A stretch of 64,000 nt of DNA from Owenia fusiformis (taxonomy: Eukaryota), in assembly GCA_903813345.2 (NCBI GenBank), contig CAIIXF020000001.1, forward strand, positions 15,128,001 through 15,192,000, read 5' to 3'. How positions within the stretch are numbered: position 1 is the first letter of the stretch; every line of letters begins with the position of its first letter. A program made the position numbers and the translations under genes. This document shows, piece after piece, positions 1 to 12,947 of this stretch. Below the pieces are notes generated by a model that was given only the letters and a program-made list of their open reading frames with translations, did not search any database and had not been told where the DNA came from.

Positions 1-258
1 AAAAACCGTTTATGTAACTTAAGTGAGGAATTAAGTAGACGATTCTGTTGTCTTCCGAACTATTTATTCAAAAATATGTACATTTTCTTAAACATATGAT
101 AGTCATACTGATACATGTTTGTGTTAAAAATGTCGTGGGAATTCTGCCTACAACGTGTGAAATAAGAAAAAAAGAAAAATTGTACCTTCGATGTTCCGAC
201 ATTTTGTTACCAAAACGGACCGTTTCGGTAACCAGCGTAATTGAGTGGATCACCAGTG
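1..258. mobile_element. Right arm of palindromic CACTGG-ended MITE (family A)
   Basis: Ends GTGGATCACCAGTG at 258; homologous to 35914-36390 and 40839-41159. Confidence 0.75.
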
Positions 259-1312
259 TTATTAGAGCGTCGGCGCACCGAAAGTGGATAAATGGGCAGG
301 GAATGTCAAATTAAATTCACATTCTGATGTGCATTATGCTGTTGCTATTGCGTGGGATCACTGATCAGATGGGTTTGATGTAATCCATGGTTATTATTGT
401 TCTTGTAAGATTAAAGGCAAAATATACTACATGTCACAAAAGTGCAAGGATGAAGACTTCACCTGTGAATATATTTCAGACAACGTATCTCATACACAAG
501 AGTATTGTACAGTCATTCAAAGTTTTGAACATTGAATCCTATTTGAGAGGTGATTTAAAAGATTTTACGTGTTGCAGGTTTTCCAAAGTCATTTCCATGT
601 GTGATATTGTCAATTTAATTGACCACAAGACACGGGCTACACAAAATAACATCTTGAACTGTGGAATGACTAGGGCAACTCATATAGAATGCCATTTTTA
701 TTTTTTATATTCTTATAAAATAAATTATGATTTACTCTTCCACAGGTTTCATTTTACAAATTCAAATGCACTTCCTGGGTTGAACACTCAATATAGAATG
801 CAACCTGTGTGTATACAATGTACAGGGCATTCAATAAGTACTGATGAAATGATGTGACTTTTTTAATCTCCCCCCTAAACTTAAGACCATATTTGGCTTC
901 TGACAACCGGCGAATTATAGAAAACAAACGGCGATTTTGGACTCTCGCCCCCTGCTATTGAAAGCCCAGATTGCAAAACATTTTCTAAAAATTGTCACTT
1001 AAAAGAAATCACTAAAATAACATATTTTCAATGAAACCTTTTGTAAGGGTCAAGTTGGCAAAGCATCAATTTATATCTGAAGAGCCAAGTTGTCACCTTG
1101 AAAACCACATAAGGAATGACCTTGGATGCAGTGATTGGTTATATAATGCACTGCAGTTATATGAAATACTGTTTTCAGATTGGCTAGAATGGAACACACA
1201 TTGCCTATCCATGTGTCAATTATCAATATCAACTATGAAAATTTAATTTTTTTTGAAAATGTGACAACTACGTTGTAGGTCGGGTATAGAATCCAGGTTA
1301 TAATAATAAAAT

Positions 1313-2003
1313 AACAAGGCATTAACATGACAAAATGACACCGCCTAGTTGCGCACAATATTATTAGTTCAATCTTAGTCAGATTTGAACTTCTGAGAAG
1401 TTGTAGATGATTTTGAAAAAAAATTGGTCAATTTGAAGCAAGTTGAAAAAATACCTTTTTAACCTCGAAAAGGTCATTGAAGGTCAAGTATTTTTTGTCC
1501 TTAAGAATGTCATTGAAGGTCAAATCTATAGTCAGATTTGAACTTTTGAGACATTCTAGATGATTTTGAAAAAAGTTGGTCAATTTGAAGCAAGTTCAAA
1601 AAATACATTTTTGACCTTTTTTACAATGAGAAGGTCATTCAAGGTCAAATCTCAAATCTAAAGTCAGATTTGAACTTCTGATAACTTGTCAATGATTTTT
1701 TTAAAAAATATGGCCAATTTGACGCAAGTTGAAAAAAAACCTTTTTGACCTTTTACCTTGAAATGGTCATTGAAGGTCAAATCTAAAATATAAAGTCAGA
1801 TTTGAACTTCTGAAAACTTGTAGATGATTTTGAAAAAGCTGAAGTCAGTCTAAAAGGTATTTGTTAAGTTATTGGAAATTTTAAGAATTTGTAACACATG
1901 CCAACCGCCACCCACCGATCACCAACCAGCAACTACCGGTTGCCACCACAAAAAGACGAAGACCACAACAATATGTCACCACTTTTTGGTGGTGACATAA
2001 AAA
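1313..2003 (-). mobile_element. Helentron-associated (HINE/pearl-like) non-autonomous element
   Basis: Reverse complement of 31296-32329: 5' hairpin ATGTCACCACCAAAAAGTGGTGACAT, short microsatellite-like tract, ~120-bp core tandem repeats, 3' sub-TIR and short palindrome. Inserted into an older dispersed repeat (~970-2200). Confidence 0.7.
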
Positions 2004-2288
2004 GTGTAATATTTTTTCTTGAATTCAGCAGATAATATTTTCTTTTACTGGAGATTAGAGATATTTTAATTTGTATAACTACATTAAGGCAATCTGAAAA
2101 TTGTTCCACCAAAACTGTTGAGTATTTAAGTTTAAGGGAACTATCTACTACTAGTTTCTGTCATTTAATCTGACCCGAATTATCCACTTTGATTAGCCAC
2201 TGCGGCATTCAGTAAGTTCTGATAAAAATTAAACTTGTGAATTTCTGAAACGTGCATTATTTAATGACAACATAGTAGTTGCTCATAC

Positions 2289-4526
2289 CTTGATACACAG
2301 TCTTTTGCAGATGTTGCAATTGATGGCAGACAATGGGTATGTCTTGCTTATGTATTGGTCCAGTTCAAGGATGCCTCTTGTACCAAGAGATATAATGCCC
2401 TTCCCCTAAAACACAATAAAATACATTGAAAATTTCATGATCATATTGTTATAATTGTCAGATCTTGAAGCTCTATAAAAACAAATAAAAGCTCCTCAAC
2501 AAGTCGAATTTCAAAGGTGTATCATACATATCACCTATATAGCACAGCGGTAGAGCACATGTACCAAGTATGCATAGGTCACGGATTTGATCCCCGGTTC
2601 AGGCAATACTTAATTTGCTTGTTTGCGTAAAGTACTTCAGGGTGTTTAGTTGAGCAGTCCATGACTCGCAAAAAGGCTGTGGTGTGTACTTGTATGCCTA
2701 TGTATGAGTGCACATAAAAGAACACCGGGGTTCTTCAAGGAGGGGTTCCTAGATCTGACTTCCATGATGATGCGTTAATTACGACCGTATATATACGGGA
2801 TATACTCAAGAGGTATTGCTCACCTTCAATGGTGGTAAACAAGATACAATATAATACAATCACACTTCAAACATTCTTGTTTTTTGCTTAGTGACATAGT
2901 AAATATATGATGAACTTCAAAACACCTGCCTTGTGTATTGTTATCCAGCCTGCTGTGGACAGAGATTCAATAAGTGTTTCAGCTTCTTTTTTTGTCATTC
3001 TCTTTTTACTTATGGTCTTTATCTCATCAGTGAGGTTGACTGCTTGTATTGTGTTGATCTCCCCATCCCCATTCACTATCTTTTGAACCTGTACATATTG
3101 CAAGTGTGATATAAATTAGATTACTGTATATAGAACACTGAAGCTGCACAGCTACATAAAGGCATTTTTCATCAATGTCAGCATTAACTATATTCTCTGG
3201 AACCAGTCATCTGACTATGCAATGTATATAATAAAGTGTGATGTGTGAATTCTATATTGGTCGGGGTATATGGACAAACTAAAGGCAAGATCATGTGAAA
3301 AATTCACACTTTAAGATGAACCGGCCAATTGTCTTAATGACATGAATGAAGGGTGTATTTGACTAATAGTAAAGAATTACTTACGATTTTTTTGAAAAGC
3401 TCAAGTTCATTGACGGTGTATGTTGCAAGGTGTGGGTTTTTCAAGAAGTCAGAGTCGTATGTATTCACCTGAAATATTTAAATGTTTCACATTTAAATTC
3501 TAAATCCAAAGATAAACCAAATATATTGAGCAGTATTAAAGAAGTCAAAGTGAAAAGAAATGGCACTGAAAAATATCCAAGTCTTCCAATAGGTTGGCTT
3601 TCATTTGCTTAGCATAACCATATACGAGTACATGCATACATTGCAATTCAAAAATATAAACCTAATAAACATTTAAAAAACATTTCATTTTTTCTTTCCT
3701 CTCCAAAATATGTCCTTAAATCTCAGCTGGGACTGGTCAAAGGTATTCAGATGGACAGGTGTTCACATTTCAAGGTGTTTACATGGTAATCTTAGCACAT
3801 GTATTTCACATTGGGAGGTGTACAAGAGGAGTTTAGATATACAGTTTTACTGGCCAAGTACATACCAATGCATAATATGAGGATCCTGTAAATTCACTGA
3901 GGCCTTTCTTTATTTCAATTCCAACTGGTTTGATGTTCCTGTTTATCTCTTGGACAAATTGTCCTAAGTTTGTTTGATCATAATTAGCTGAAAATATATA
4001 AATTAATGTGTATTTTATGTACACTATTGAAATGCCTCCCATCTGTAAATTAAATGGACAATGATGAATACATTATCATTAAGAAAAACACATAGTTTCC
4101 ATGGTTTAACATTGTAATTACCAACAGAAAATCATGTTTTTGCCAGTTATTGCTCAGTATTACATGTTTTTACTGTTAAAAAGTGGCTGTTCAAATGTGT
4201 AAGTATCTTGAAAAATATGTTCAGGTAAAATCACTTAAAAGTCTTCATAATCATGTAAAATTGCAATCCAAGAATGAGAGCTGTTTTTAAAGTAAGCATG
4301 GAACCTTATTACACTCACACTACACAACTTTTTCAGAAGAGCAATGTAAATTAGTAATAATTATCATGGTAACCATGACAGCAGGTTTACTAACTAAATC
4401 AATGGTCATACCTTCAAACCTTGCACAACTCGCCCTGTGGGCCATTTTTACACCAGACGCATCCATTATATTTTTGCTCATCAACATCTGTAAAAAAACT
4501 CTTTGTTCATCAGACATTGCCTCCAT
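2289..4526 (-). CDS. NSMCE1: Non-structural maintenance of chromosomes element 1 (Nse1, SMC5/6 complex); 5 coding exons visible, 3' exons apparently lie left of the window
   Basis: Phase-consistent exons 4526-4412, 3987-3866, 3468-3385, 3088-2930 (GC donor), 2405-2289. Spliced product: MEAMSDEQRVFLQMLMSK...EINRNIKPVGIEIKKGLSEFTGSSYYALVNT...YTVNELELFKKIVQKIV...MTKKEAETLIESLSTAGWI...ISLGTRGILELDQYI...CNICKRLCIK. This matches the Nse1 winged-helix region and the start of the RING-like domain. No in-window exon found for the rest of the RING. Confidence 0.9.
2531..2860 (+). mobile_element. tRNA-derived SINE
   Basis: A-box TAGCACAGCGGTAGAGC, B-box-like GGATTTGATCCC, body, (ATACA)n tail; second copy on the opposite strand at 16763-17088. 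Confidence 0.8.
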
Positions 4527-5469
4527 TGTTTATGAGATGCTTGGCATAAACTATGATGACTTGGCTAGGATCTTTGCTGGTGATGTATTGTAGATTTTTA
4601 GGTATCCAGGCCAATTCTTAGGTTACTTTGTGAATATTCTAAGATCAATCCTGTGAAGACTTTCCTATTTGCCTACTATATTCTAGTCCAGATGTACATC
4701 TATTAGGTGGTGTAAACTATTTGGTGTAGACTTTTGACTTTCTGGAGATCTAACTGGAAATAAACATAATAGAATTGTACTCAAGTAAAAAGAAATTGCA
4801 ATTTTCATGCAATAATTGTTTAATTATTGGTTAATAAATATTCATTTTGATTAGTGTTAATCTGTTTCAGTCAATATAAAATATTGAAATTAAAAGACTT
4901 CTTTGTTTTTTGTTTACAGAGTACATAAGAGTACATGTGAGTTATATAATAAAACAAATAGTGACAGCCAATTTTTGGCAAACAGTGTCAAAATTTTCCT
5001 ATGGAACATGTCAGTTGATAGGATAATCTCTCGGGAAAATATTTTGCAAAAAAAAGTTATTTCCCTCAATGTTGCTAGTACATAGGAGTTTGATTGCAAT
5101 AAACCGTGATGGCTAACATTGCCACGGTTGCACCAAACAGAATCCTGCATCTGATCATATGTGAGAATTATGTGTTAGTGCACTTGAATGAGTTTTTTTG
5201 TTGAAAACATGGGACCATGTAAATTGCGCTACGGGGCTTGCAGGGGGAAATCTCATTACCTATTACGCAATGCTCCACCAAGAGGGGGGAAAGCCCCAGA
5301 GATCACCACATCTGTTTGCTCAACTTCTCACCAGCTAGTTTTCAAAAATAACACGTTGCTGTGCTGTTTTAATCGATGTAAGCATGTTCACTACACCTTT
5401 CTTTATCTTGATCCAAAATAACAAAAACTATGATATAAATCAAAAAAATGACAGAAATTAGCCTGTAGT

Positions 5470-8250
5470 GTAGGCAGACAAACCAGCAGCCCTACCACCA
5501 TGCTGAGGAATCTGCAGCTGCCAGTACCACTACAAAACAGACATAATTTGACAAGAGTAGTCATGCTTTACAAGATAGTCCACCATAAGGTAGCCATTCC
5601 ACCAGCGGCATACCTTGAGCCAGTAGGATCTGTGACTAGGGGTCACAACCTACGCTACTTTGTCCCATCCTCAAGAGCACTGGGGATGAACTGGAAACGA
5701 GGGAGGTTTTGCCTCGTATCAAAATGGCGGCGCGTGAAAAAATTTCATTCGGTAAGATTTTTGTTTTTTACAATTTTCGTGCTTTTATCCTTCAAATTAA
5801 AACTTAATATTTGGCAAGTAAATAGTTTATAAGTTCCGGTTTTATAATATGATTGCAAATTAGAAATCAATACAGACATTGCTGAGATATTTACATTTCA
5901 ATTCTCTCACTTAGGAAACGAGGCACCTGTCTACATTTTGTAACAATGAAACGAGGCAATGTTTGACTTGCAACGAGGCAACTATTCTTTCTCTGATAGT
6001 GTCTACATTTATGATCTTATTTCCACCGTTCTTTCTGGTCACATACTACCGATTACGTTTTACCCGATATACATGATTATATATGTAAGAGTTAAAAAGA
6101 ATAACCATATTGTTTAAAGTACCAATACAGGCAAAAGCAATCACATCATATACAGGTACAATGATGGTACATGTGTACACATTCCAAATGTAGTTATACA
6201 TATTAGGCTATGACATGATGAGCTAATAAGAATGTATGATAAGCATGTAGGCCTATGTATATCTGATAATCTGTACAATCTGAATGTTTGATAAAGGAAC
6301 TTGATGATGCAGCTGAAGGTATGGAATGATTAAAGTTGCAGCAAAGAAAAGTCTAACTGTACCAATTTAGTTAAGCTACATGTTGTTAAAGTCCCCGATA
6401 AATCGGGCTACGTATACCGCCGTGTTTACATTAGGGGATTAGAAGAGTTTATTTTTTACTTAGGTATGCAAGCTACGTATATCAATATTAGGCCTTCATT
6501 CATGTACTCGTGTGCATGTAATCAGCATGCCCTTCAATATTATGTAAACCAGGCTATTCAAGTACTGTATAATGTACACTATTTATGTGTGTACTACATA
6601 CATACAATACAATTCCCTGGGAAACAAAACACAAATACTTTTTATATGTTCAAAATGAGCCATTTGATTGATGCAAACACTAAATAGCTTCATAAATAAC
6701 ATCTACAAAGTATATCTAATAGTAATTTTTAATTTCAATGGTGAAACTTCCCTGGTTACGATTATATGGGAAATCATCACGAGACGAAGATCGTTCGCCT
6801 TCCTGGCTTACCTCTGAATCGTGTACCCGGTAATCTCTTTATATAGTTTAGCGAGAGCGGTGCGCCTGCGCAGTTTTAAACTTTGGCGCACACTTTAAGG
6901 TTCATCTTTAAGTACAGAAAATGTCAATGCACTTCACTCGATTCATTCTTTGCTGCAGCTTAAAATTCATGCTAAGGAGTTATACTGTTTTATTTTTTAA
7001 ATATTTCGAAAACGTTAAATAGCATTGCTTTGAGTGTCAATTCCAATAAACGAGCCAGCTATCCGAGCTATCAATGGTAGCGCATATATCGTCAAAATGT
7101 TCTCTCAAATAAGAAAATCTCGTTCAAAGAAGTGCTATTTTAATAGCTAGGGAGCTTAAGCTACACGTATTTTAGAAATGGCGAACGTAAACGTGAAATG
7201 ACCCCTGGGAACTATAGTTCCGTTCTGGATTGACTTATACAAAGACCCAATTAAAACAGTTTAACTGATACCTTTGTAATCATTCATGCAAATAAAGACG
7301 TTGAAGACAAGAACTAGTTCTCTGAAGATTGCAATTTTACACGTTTACGTACACTTCTCTTTAAAACATGTGTCGTTAAACCTCCCTACTAATCGTACGC
7401 AAATGGGGCATTGTTGTTGCTCGAGATGGATATATTTGATAGAATATAATTCCAGATACGATAAAAAACGAATGACCATGGTAATAATTAAATGACTCGC
7501 CTATATTACAAAAATAGCAGAGTCAAGGAGCACACTGACATTGTCTCATTTGTGTACATTGGATTTTACTGTTTGTATTCTTTAATGTCTGTATGTTACA
7601 CGTTCAATGGCAAAGCCAAAATGATGAGACGCGTATACAAATGAACCTGTTTTCTCATCTAACGTTCGTTTCCGTACAGAGAGATTACCATCATGCTGTT
7701 GCATCATATGGAATACAATATCAGCAACGTTGTCGTTTCCTGTGTTACAGAAATAGCATTTGAACAGGGACGCTTCTTTTTGTAGGCCCCGTTCTGTAAT
7801 AAAAACAAAACATTTTTAATTAAATATGGTTGCCTCGTTTCATTCTTAAGAATGCTATATAGCTGCCTCGTTTCCTTGAGAAACATGCCTCGTTTCCTAA
7901 GTGAGAGAATTGATATGTAAATATCTCAGCAATGCCAGTATTGATTTCTAATTTGTAATCATATTATAAAACCGGAACTTATGAACTATTTACTTTCCAA
8001 ATATTAAGTTTTAATTTGAAGGATAAAAGCACGAAAATTGTAAAAAACAAAAATCTTACCGAATGAAATTTTTTCACGCGCCGCCATTTTGATACGAGGC
8101 AAAACCTCCCTCGTTTCCAGTTCATCCCCAGTGAAGAGTAGATATACATCTTTACTCATTTTTCCCTGCAACCATACGACTATGGAACCTTCTTTCAGCA
8201 AATGTAGCCATGATACATTCCCTGGACATTTTTAAGAAGGAGGCAATTGT
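5470..8250 (+). mobile_element. CR1/L2-type LINE ORF2 3' remnant, split by the 5678-8133 insertion
   Basis: Removing the insert and one TSD copy restores ...MLYKIVHHKVAI...TRGHNLRYFVPSSRVDIHLYSFFPATIRLWNLL...SLDIFKK, the typical CR1-group C-terminus (SFFP.TIR.WN). Confidence 0.75.
5678..8133. mobile_element. Non-autonomous DNA transposon with ~250-bp TIRs and 5-bp TSD (Transib/RAG-like ends)
   Basis: CACTGGGGATGAACTGGAAACGAGG...CCTCGTTTCCAGTTCATCCCCAGTG; TSD AAGAG at 5673-5677 and 8134-8138; subterminal AAACGAGGCA repeats; no transposase ORF. Confidence 0.9.
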
Positions 8251-8268
8251 GATGCTTTCGTACGAAGT

Positions 8269-8496
8269 CAGGGCTCTCGCCAGGCTTTTAGACTGTGGCG
8301 CAGCACCACACTCTATTTAGCTCCCTCCACACCCTATTGGCAAATCATGACTCTTTCCACAGTCTATACTTGACTAAATATACAATAATAGCATTTAAAA
8401 AGGATAAAATATGACATAAATATGATTTATCACGATTGAACGGTTATTCTGAAGATGTTCGCACCACACCCTAAATACATCCTGGTGAGAGCCCTG
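8269..8496. mobile_element. Short hAT-like MITE
   Basis: TIRs CAGGGCTCTCGCCAGG / CCTGGTGAGAGCCCTG; TSD not preserved. Confidence 0.55.
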
Positions 8497-8622
8497 TAAG
8501 TGATGACGATTTAAAAACGATTTTAGAAATTTTAAAGCACATTCACACTACAATTGTATATATACACCGCACACAAGCACACATAGTACGAAATATCCTC
8601 AAGAGGAGTCTGTACTGTAATA

Positions 8623-8663
<41 letters not shown>

Positions 8664-8725
8664 AGAAGATGAAGAGGAAGTGGAAGAGGAAGAGGAAGAA
8701 GAAGAAGAAGAAGACGAAGAAGACA
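8623..8725. repeat. (GAA/GAG)n microsatellite
   Basis: Directly visible; source of the poly-S and poly-F ORFs. Confidence 0.95.
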
Positions 8726-8726
8726 A

Positions 8727-9060
8727 AGACCCTATCTGTTGCAAGACTTTTGCTTGGCACAACCGTCACCATGTTATTAAGTGTTGTTAAGTTTCGCAAG
8801 GATCCTGCCATGACCATTGTAGTGTTATCGTGATAGCCTGATATAACCGTGACAATGCTATATTATACTGCATGGCCTGTCATGACCGTGGTAATGTCAG
8901 CCTGATATGACCATGACAATGCTATACTATATTGCAAGACCTGTCATGACCGTGGTAATGTTAAAGCCTGATATGACCGTGATAATGGTTGCACTTAGGC
9001 CTGTCATGATTGTGGTAATATTAAAGCACAATATAACCGTGACAATGGTTATATTAAGTG
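8727..9060 (+). repeat. Dispersed repeat family B with internal degenerate tandem units (CTGTCATGACCGTGGTAATG)
   Basis: Second copy at ~14383-15150. Confidence 0.7.
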
Positions 9061-9247
9061 ACATTAATAGCATGAGAATACTGTAATGAAAAATTTCATC
9101 GTTTATCTACCTTAAATATGTAAATCTAGACTACTACATGCCCATAGTCAGTTTTTTGTAAGGGGGGGGGGGGGGCTTGAAACCCCCCCGCACCCCCCAA
9201 AAAAATATTTCCCCATTCTAAACCAAGACCCTTTGTATTGTAAAGGA

Positions 9248-10905
9248 CAGTGGCGGATCAGGAAGCTAACAAGGGGACCCACATTTCAAGTCAGGAAAAA
9301 AATATCCGCGCTTGCACGGAAAAACTTTTTAGGGCCCTAAAACCAAAATTTGGGCCAAAATTTAGCAAATCTATGGCATGTTTTTTGAAAATTTGGCTTA
9401 ATATTGAAAAATAAGGCCTAAAAAGATTAAGTAATGCCCAAAAAGGCCCACTAAAGAGGTCCTATGATATTTTTTGGCCAACATTTATTTTGGACCAATT
9501 ATTGCCGCGCAGAAAACCTTTTAGGGCCCTAGAACTAAAATTTTGAAAATTTATAGCCCGTTTTTTTTGAAAATTTGGCCTAAAATTGAAAGAAATAAGG
9601 CGCGAAAAGGTCAAGTAAAAAGGTCAAGTAAAGGCCAACTAAAGTGGCCCTACAACATTTTTGGCCAAACATTTTTTGTCAAGGCCCATCCTAGGGGCGC
9701 GCATAAAATGTTTAGGGCCCTTTAACCAAAATTCGGGGGAAAATTTTGAAAATTAATGGCCCGTTTTTTAAAAATTTGGCCTTAAATCAAAAATAAAGCC
9801 TAAAAAGGTAAATCAATGCCCAAAGAGGCCTACTGAAGAGGCCCTACAATTTTTTGGGCCAAACATTTTTTGTCAAGGCCCATCCTAGGGGCGCGCATAA
9901 AATTTTTAGGGCCCTTAAACCAAAATTCGGGCGAAAATTTTGAAAATTAATGGCCCGTTTTTTAAAAATTTGGCCTTAAATCAAAAATAAAGCCTAAAAA
10001 GGTAAATCAATGCCCAAAGAGGCCTACTGAAGAGGCCCTACAATTTTTTGGGCCAACATTTTTTTCTGGGCCCAACCTTTTAGGGCCTTGGAACTAGGGC
10101 TGGCACGGAACGGAACGGAATCGGAACAGAACGGAATTCGGAACTTGGCTTCGGAATTCGGAACTTTCGGAATTTTGGACCTTATCTAAAATAGTTCCTA
10201 CTTCTCCCCTTAAGTTCTCATTTTTGTTACCACTGGAACAGTGTACAACTATATATATATATAAGTTGTATTATGTTTATTAAATACAAACACTAACACT
10301 ATCTAACTGCCAGAACAAGTGGCATAAATGTTCAAAACTAATGGCAAAATGTAAATGTCCTTGCCTTCTTGGCATACAACTGTTACTTTATATTGTATAT
10401 TATCTTTCTTACAATAATTGTCTCCTCTTATAGAATATATCTAAAACAATCACAATTTATTTATTTCTATCATTCATTACATATAAAACAACTTTACCAA
10501 GTGAAAATGTTTAATAATTATATATATTTATTGATTTCGTTTCATAGTACTAGTTCGCTATAGCGTGTTAGCGTGTCGCTATAACGATGAGTGAATGTTC
10601 TTTAAGGAAAATAAAAATTCCGAAAATTATCGGAATATGAGAAGGTAGGTCCGAAAGTCCGTTTCCGAAGGCAAAACCGGATGGTTCGGACAATAATTCC
10701 TTTCCCTGCCAGCCCTACTTGGAACAGATCAAGTAAAAAGGCCAAGTAAAGAGGCCGTACAATATTTTTGGCCAAACATTTTTTTCTCGACCCATCCTAG
10801 GGCCGCGCGTAAAATATTTTAGGGCCCTAAAACCAAAACTCGGGCCAAAATTTAGAAAATTTATAGCCCGTTTGTGAAAAATTAGGCCTGAAATTGAAAC
10901 TTAAA
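9248..10905. mobile_element. hAT-like element (CAGTGGCG start) with ~190-bp internal tandem repeats; right end not identified
   Basis: CAGTGGCGGATC at 9248; repeated TTTTAGGGCCC...AAATTTGGCC...GAGGCCCTACAA units; interrupted by 10095-10717. Confidence 0.5.
10095..10717. mobile_element. hAT (Ac-like) MITE with 8-bp TSD
   Basis: TIRs TAGGGCTGGCA / TGCCAGCCCTA; TSD CTTGGAAC (10087-10094, 10718-10725); subterminal CGGAA repeats. Confidence 0.9.
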
Positions 10906-11053
10906 AAATAAGCAATCAAATGACCATATTGAAACAGTTTATGTAAAAATAGAAACATTTATATTTATCCTAACTTTTGTCCTCTTTGTGTCCTCTTATA
11001 TTTTGATACTTCTCTGCCATGTTATTTTCGGAAAAATTAACATGGATGAAAAT

Positions 11054-11910
11054 TAGGGTGTCCCAAAAAATCACTTTTTTGGAGTTGAGCTTAGCACAGT
11101 TGGGGTTTGGTTCCTTTTGGGGAGTTTATTAAGTGTGTAAAATATTATAGAGACAGATCGATGTTTCAGTTGTTGGAATTAGACCTAAAAATGTAACGTT
11201 TTTGGCAAAAATCGCACTTTTTGACCAGATTTACTGAAGAATAATGGAAACCTACCTCACCTTCTGTTCATAAAAATGAAGGCTAAATGAAAGGTTGTGC
11301 ACCACATTACCACTCTAAGTAAGAATACTGCTGAGATTTGGGTATATACCCTCCAAAAAGACTCTGAAATGAGGCTAAAAATGACATATTTTAAGATTGA
11401 AATCAATGGGTAACATTCATACGTATTACAAATGTTTTATTTAGCTATAGATATGCAGATCACATAAGTAAGTTCAGATCAGTTCTTCAGGTCAGTTCTT
11501 CAGATAAAATTGTCCATATTGTCCATTTGTTGTTTGTTAAGGTTTTTAAAATCAAGAAGCTGGCGGTGATGGTTAACCACCATCTGAACACGATCGCGGC
11601 GATCCACACCCTTACTGTAGTTTGCGAACTCGGTACATCCTTGATTGCCCGTTCTGCACAATTGTTAACTACTTCCATGGAAGTAACGAGCTCCTTAAAT
11701 CTAATATACTCTGGAAAGTGGAAACTGATCCCAGTTGTCGGGATTAAATTCCATCCAGTGTACATCTACTTGAAAGAGGTCAAAAATTAACCATGACCTT
11801 TCCCCACCAAAGTTTTCAAGCGTGACGTCCCCTGGTCTTGTTAACAAGTGAACTTTCATTTGTGTTTTCTGTTGAGGAAAGTTCTGGGGACGACCTGCAT
11901 CTATCATTAC
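11054..11910 (-). pseudogene. hATm-type transposon end with frameshifted transposase C-terminus (11910-11500)
   Basis: Across two frameshifts: ...TLENFGGERSWLIFDLFQVDVHWMEFNPDNWDQFP/EYIRFKELVTSMEVVNNCAERAIKDV/TEFANYSKGVDRRDRVQMVVNHHRQ...*. The VVN..AER..K motif and the TAGGGTG terminus at 11054 fit hATm elements. Confidence 0.7.
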
Positions 11911-11942
11911 TCTGACGAACTCAGGCCATGAAAACAATTCTA

Positions 11943-12750
11943 CTATTTTTTTCATGGCCTGAGTTCGTCGCTAACATGCTAAATATAAGAGTTAGCTGAC
12001 GTTTGGGAGTCTGACTTACCTTCTAAAGGTTAGAACCCGAATCTTAATGAAACCATATCACCTTTGTTCCGTCGATGATGATGCATAAACACAGCATTTG
12101 ATAGAAATTAGTGTAAATGTTTTTCCGACATTTTCATTTTTCATCAATGTTGACTTCCGGGAAGGCGTTGTAGTTATCACGAAATAACGCATTGACCCTT
12201 AAACTTTACTTTGTTGACGTGTCAACCAAGCATGTCTGGTGTGAAAATTAAAAGAATATTAAGCAATGTTCTACATCCGCCAAGCTAAGTGAAGTAGCCA
12301 ATATTTAAAATTACCAATTTCAAGTGAAGTACGCAACGAACGAAACTGCGCGATCTACACTCCCACTATTGGTCTGAACGAAATGCTACATAGAAATATG
12401 AGCCGTCTGCTGTATTAGTCGATTAATAGAGTAAGACCTGTTGGTGATGCTTTATAATTTAGACCAAAACATTGAAGAACAAACGAACCTGTAAATCGTA
12501 ACGAACAAATATTCGGTTTTCACATATGTTCGGTAATTTTTCGTATTGAAACTTCCGGAACTTACAAGGAAATCATTCATCTTCACGGTCTTGGATGTTA
12601 TGGCAAATGCTCCATGGTTGACGGAACAAAGGTGATATGGTTTCATTAAGATTCGGGTTCTAACCTTTAGAAGGTAAGTCAGACTCCCAAACTTCAGCTA
12701 ACTCTTATATTTAGCATGTTAGCGACGAACTCAGGCCATGAAAAAAATAG
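11943..12750. mobile_element. MITE with ~130-bp near-perfect TIRs flanked by TA
   Basis: TA|CTATTTTTTTCATGGCCTGAGTTCGTCG...CGACGAACTCAGGCCATGAAAAAAATAG|TA. Confidence 0.85.
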
Positions 12751-12947
12751 TACGTGAATTTTGTTGTGGGGACTGGCAAAAGTAATTTTTGAAAGGGACA
12801 GATATTAGACATACTGAAATGCCAAGTATTTTATAGATAATATATTTAAAATGATCAAGATTATATAGCATAGTATATGGTATCTCTCTCGATCACTAAA
12901 AAGGGAAAATAATATCGAAGAAATATTCATACTCCCGCCATACTTAC

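Noticed and set aside
387-857. 156-aa plus-strand ORF, and a possible NSMCE1 exon 6 at the minus-strand acceptor near 463
   Set aside because: No recognisable motif in the ORF; the minus-strand candidate exon hits a stop after ~11 codons and lacks the RING cysteines.
2531-2605. tRNA gene (also 17015-17088)
   Set aside because: Degenerate stems, followed by a shared SINE body and tail in both copies.
5678-8133. Classification as CACTA/EnSpm because it starts CACTG
   Set aside because: The TSD is 5 bp, not 2-3 bp.
8532-8817. Poly-Ser and poly-Phe ORFs
   Set aside because: Translations of the GAA microsatellite.
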